From Desulfocapsa sulfexigens DSM 10523 (lineage in GTDB: Bacteria; Desulfobacterota; Desulfobulbia; Desulfobulbales; Desulfocapsaceae): a stretch of 32,000 nucleotides of DNA. The notes below the pieces were generated by a model that ran no database searches, was not told the DNA's origin, and saw nothing but the letters and a program-made list of their open reading frames with translations. The stretch spans positions 630,001 to 662,000 of the forward strand of contig NC_020304.1 of NCBI RefSeq assembly GCF_000341395.1, in the 5' to 3' direction. This document shows, piece by piece, positions 28,549 through 32,000 of this stretch (positions within the stretch are counted from its first letter, which is position 1; each line of letters begins with the position of its first letter). The translations under genes and the position numbers were made by a program.

Positions 28549-28598
28549 TAATTGCTAGCAGACTTGACAGAACCATCCCATATAAAGAAAAATAACTA

Positions 28599-29294
28599 AT
28601 GCACAAAATTTCCATCCACATAGTAATGATGTTTTTTCTAACAGCTTCCCTCAGCGGATGTGAAGCGAAAAAACAGCATGAAGTGCTTACCTTTTTCTTC
28701 ACCGGGGTTCCCCCCTTGGAGGAAACAGCTGCTGTAACAAGTGATCAGGAACTTCAGGATGTACGGGAGACAACGCCGGGGCCAAAAACTGTACAGGTTC
28801 AAACCCTCTATTCCCACCCGGTATGGGCCGCCGGCGTCTGCGACCCATGTCATGGAAGTACGGGAACATTCAGCACTCCCGGGGTCCAGAAACAACCTCA
28901 AACAGTCTTCAAAACAGGTGGCGGTATGCCTGGTGAACTCACCCTGCCGAAAACGAAACTCTGCATACAATGCCACAGAGACAAAACACCTTTACGGGCA
29001 CTTACAGAACGACTCTGGCTACATAACACAACGGCAAAAGGGGATTGCATGGCATGTCACGATCCCCATCAGAGCAAGAATAAAAACACCTTGCGAAAGC
29101 CACCGGTAAAAATCTGTCTTTCATGCCATGAAAATGGGACTTTTATGGCAACACCAGCCCACCAGACAGGAGAAGACTGCCTTTCCTGCCATACTCCACA
29201 CATGGGCCTCAATAAAAATTTACTCAAAAACGAATATCAGGAGCAGAAAACGCCAGCGCTCCAAATCCCAGAGACAATGGTACAGGGTCGGTAA
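28599..29294 (+). CDS. Pentaheme c-type cytochrome lipoprotein
   Basis: Lipobox LTASLSGC; CDPCH, CIQCH, CMACH, CLSCH, CLSCH. Confidence 0.87.
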   Translation: MHKISIHIVMMFFLTASLSGCEAKKQHEVLTFFFTGVPPLEETAAVTSDQELQDVRETTPGPKTVQVQTLYSHPVWAAGVCDPCHGSTGTFSTPGVQKQPQTVFKTGGGMPGELTLPKTKLCIQCHRDKTPLRALTERLWLHNTTAKGDCMACHDPHQSKNKNTLRKPPVKICLSCHENGTFMATPAHQTGEDCLSCHTPHMGLNKNLLKNEYQEQKTPALQIPETMVQGR

Positions 29295-29334
29295 CATCAT
29301 TTTACAAGAAAAAAAGAAATGATCTCAAAAAGAA

Positions 29335-31401
29335 ATGCACTCTTCCTATAACCTCTTCCCAGTGACCCTGTTTGTCCTGCTCCCGCTGTTTTTTCTTCTC
29401 ATGGGGCCAGTACAAATCCAGGCTGCTGAAGAAACGGAAACGGGTGAAGTTCAGGCTCCGACAACCCCTCCTGTCTCATCACCCATTCCCAGGCCACGAA
29501 TGACGGCAGTGCCCAATGGTCTTCTTGGACAGAACTATTTTATTAAACGGCCGGGTATGGGAGCAGGACTCACCTATGAATACAAAGATGAGTCGCGGAC
29601 AACCAGTGGAACCACTGTCAAAGACAGCTATCACAGATTTAAAGAACGGGTGAGACTGCAAACGGATGGATGGCTATATCATCCAGCGCTTATGCAATAT
29701 TCCCTGATGATTGAACCGGAGTGGATCCAGTCAAAAGAAGTTAACACTTCAGGAGAAACTGGCAGAGTCAACTCCTTTTCACCAGACTATGCAATGACCG
29801 CGACCTTCCTTCAGCAAAAGCCCTACACCTTTAACTTTTTTGCCAGCCGACGAGAATCTCCGGTGTGGGCAGCATTTGCCGGTGACACTGAAACTCTTGT
29901 CGACACATACGGCACAAATATACGACTCAAATATAAAATTTTACCAACCGTATTTGGGTACTCTCACGTCAAAACTGATCAGCAGGGTTACTATAGTTCA
30001 GAAAACATACGCGACAATTTCCATTTCACCTCGCGGCATCAAAATAACAGAAGCAGCACATCTTTCAGTTCCACCTACAGTGACGACAGGAGAAGCACCG
30101 AAGACAGTGATACTAAAATCACTACGTTCAACAACAGTCTCACGAACAACTATCAAATAACCAGTGACAATACAATCAAACTCAACTCATTCCTGACGTA
30201 CAGAACCCAGGATAGTGATGTGTTTGATACAGCGAACCTCCGACTGCGAGAACAGCTGAACTGGCGGCATCGTGCAAATCTGCGATCAAACTATTCATTT
30301 ACCCACACCCTGCAGGAAACCGACAACACACAGTCCGAAAGAACAGCACTCGATGCCCGCTTAACACATCTTTTATATGAAAACCTCACCACAAACGTCG
30401 GAAGCAAAGGCAGTCTCTATGATTACTCAGGGGGACGGGAGAATGCGTTCAATACTTTTCTTAATTTCACATACACCCGTCCCATCTCCTGGGGTACCCT
30501 GAATCTAAACAGCGGTTGGGACTACCTCTATACAGACCGCAGCGGATTCACCAGTTCAATTGCTCAGGTAACCAATGAACCACACACCCTGAGCCCTGCC
30601 ACCGAAACCTACCTGGCCAACTATGGCGTACGAACTGAGTCCATCGTTGTAACCAATACTCCCGGAACAATCATCTATATTGAAAACATAGACTACAGCG
30701 TCGACACCATCGGTGATTACACCAGAATAAATTTTCTCTCCTTTGGCTCCATAGCAGCCGGACAATCTGTCATGGTCAGCTACAGCTACACCCGAGATGC
30801 AGAGTATGATGACGGTATAGCCACCGAGAACTATGGTATGAACATACATTTGTTTAATAGCTTGGATTTTTCCTACAATTACCTGCACACCAAACAACAC
30901 ATTCTTTCTGGCCTGGAACCAAAGAACAAAATTGATGATACCATCCACAGATTCAAAATTCGTCATTACACAAACTGGGCTGATACCACCTTCCACTATG
31001 AAGACAACGACCGTGTTTCCAACCGTCCCTTTACCAGATGGGAACTCCAGGAGACATTAAGCTACAGGCCTGCATGGCAAGTACACTTTTCACTCAAGGG
31101 ATATTTTGGCCAAACCTCCTATACAGATGATAATGAAACAAAAGACTTTTATGGAGGAGTCACTACCTTTGACTGGCTCCTCAACCGCTGGTGCAGGTTT
31201 CGGTTGGAAGGGTATTATGACAATATCAATGGGGATGTGGAACAGACAGAAAATATCGGTGTCAAGGCAGGACTGGAATTCCGCTACCGTATCTGGACAG
31301 CACGACTAACCTATGAACTCACTGACCAGAACAATATAATAACGGATTATGAGCGAACGAAACAACTCCTTCGTTTTGAAATTATCCGCATCATGTGGTG
31401 A
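29335..31401 (+). CDS. Outer-membrane beta-barrel protein, probable porin of a porin-cytochrome conduit
   Basis: 688 aa, signal peptide, many alternating amphipathic strands (QTYRTQDSDVFDTANLRLREQLNWRHRANLRSNYSFTHTLQE, TWTARLTYELTDQNNI), between genes for a multiheme lipoprotein and an NHL lipoprotein. Confidence 0.8.
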   Translation: MHSSYNLFPVTLFVLLPLFFLLMGPVQIQAAEETETGEVQAPTTPPVSSPIPRPRMTAVPNGLLGQNYFIKRPGMGAGLTYEYKDESRTTSGTTVKDSYHRFKERVRLQTDGWLYHPALMQYSLMIEPEWIQSKEVNTSGETGRVNSFSPDYAMTATFLQQKPYTFNFFASRRESPVWAAFAGDTETLVDTYGTNIRLKYKILPTVFGYSHVKTDQQGYYSSENIRDNFHFTSRHQNNRSSTSFSSTYSDDRRSTEDSDTKITTFNNSLTNNYQITSDNTIKLNSFLTYRTQDSDVFDTANLRLREQLNWRHRANLRSNYSFTHTLQETDNTQSERTALDARLTHLLYENLTTNVGSKGSLYDYSGGRENAFNTFLNFTYTRPISWGTLNLNSGWDYLYTDRSGFTSSIAQVTNEPHTLSPATETYLANYGVRTESIVVTNTPGTIIYIENIDYSVDTIGDYTRINFLSFGSIAAGQSVMVSYSYTRDAEYDDGIATENYGMNIHLFNSLDFSYNYLHTKQHILSGLEPKNKIDDTIHRFKIRHYTNWADTTFHYEDNDRVSNRPFTRWELQETLSYRPAWQVHFSLKGYFGQTSYTDDNETKDFYGGVTTFDWLLNRWCRFRLEGYYDNINGDVEQTENIGVKAGLEFRYRIWTARLTYELTDQNNIITDYERTKQLLRFEIIRIMW

Positions 31402-31404
31402 ACC

Positions 31405-32000
31405 ATGTCTCTTCAACAAAGACAGAACATACATAAAATGATACAGAAAAAGTCCCACTTCAGCGGCATAGCCATTCTCCTGCTCCTCTTTTCCATTCTT
31501 TCTCTGCATGGCTGCACATCCAAACCCCTTGATCCACCTCCCCCACCTGTTGATCTGGTGTGGCCCGGAGGAGAAGAAATTTCACGGATCCGCTTTCTTG
31601 GCAGTATCTCAAAACCCGAAGATTTTCAGATAACAGAATCCTTCCTGGTCCGTTTTTGGGGCTATATCGTTGGTCACCAGGACAGGAGTCTGGTGGCCCC
31701 CTATGCAATAACCGGTGACAGGAAGGGCAGACTCTTTGTTGTTGACACCTTTTTACAAAAAGTTCAGTGCTTCGACGCTGCCGCCAAAAAATTCCACGCT
31801 TTCCCCGCTGAAGACAAACCCATGACATCTCCCATAGCCATCGCTGTAAACAACAGTACTAGCTTGATCTATGTTGCAGACTCCAAAGATGGCATAATCA
31901 AGGTTTTCAAGGGAGTAGATGATACCAATCCACAAAGCATTGGCAAAAATATCCTGCAACGTCCCACTGGCCTTGCTGTTCACCTGGAAAGGAACGAACT
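31405..32000 (+). CDS. NHL/beta-propeller lipoprotein, partial (continues past right edge)
   Basis: Read manually: MSLQQRQNIHKMIQKKSHFSGIAILLLLFSILSLHGCTSKPLDPPPPPVDLVWPGGEEISRIRFLGSISKPEDF...; lipobox LSLHGC; same PPPP..IRFLG.I opening as the 27469 protein; open to 32000. Confidence 0.78.
   Translation, partial: MSLQQRQNIHKMIQKKSHFSGIAILLLLFSILSLHGCTSKPLDPPPPPVDLVWPGGEEISRIRFLGSISKPEDFQITESFLVRFWGYIVGHQDRSLVAPYAITGDRKGRLFVVDTFLQKVQCFDAAAKKFHAFPAEDKPMTSPIAIAVNNSTSLIYVADSKDGIIKVFKGVDDTNPQSIGKNILQRPTGLAVHLERNE

Noticed and set aside
1-32000. tRNA/rRNA genes, mobile elements, phage genes, CRISPR arrays, toxin-antitoxin or defence systems
   Set aside because: I read both strands for these and saw no supporting sequence. 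Without tools, a small ncRNA or a weak promoter could still be missed.

Overview
This window looks like a chromosomal segment from a Gram-negative bacterium, probably Desulfobacterota and Desulfobulbales-like; the taxonomy is inference only. From left to right I read six blocks. (1) A minus-strand operon encodes a LolD/MacB-type ABC ATPase, an FtsX-type permease, a LolA-like outer-membrane-lipoprotein-sorting protein and a beta-barrel protein cut by the left edge. (2) A small plus-strand envelope cluster encodes a DUF799/GNA1162-like lipoprotein, an OmpA-family protein and a small secreted protein. (3) A convincing omptin-family outer-membrane protease keeps its catalytic Asp/His motifs and is followed by an unknown secreted protein. 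(4) A sucrose operon encodes sucrose-phosphate synthase, sucrose-phosphatase, amylosucrase and a PfkB-type fructokinase, and MgtE lies just after it. (5) A CHASE4-like NarL-family two-component pair follows. (6) From 19.4 kb to the right edge runs a dense multiheme cytochrome locus with 43 CXXCH motifs plus 3 variant motifs. It includes a membrane b-type cytochrome, an 18-heme cytochrome built from three tandem four-heme modules, three NHL beta-propeller proteins, a tetraheme protein, a pentaheme lipoprotein and a large outer-membrane barrel. The last block reads as a complete quinol-to-cell-surface extracellular electron transfer conduit and is the main thing to follow up. I found no tRNA, rRNA, CRISPR array or mobile element.
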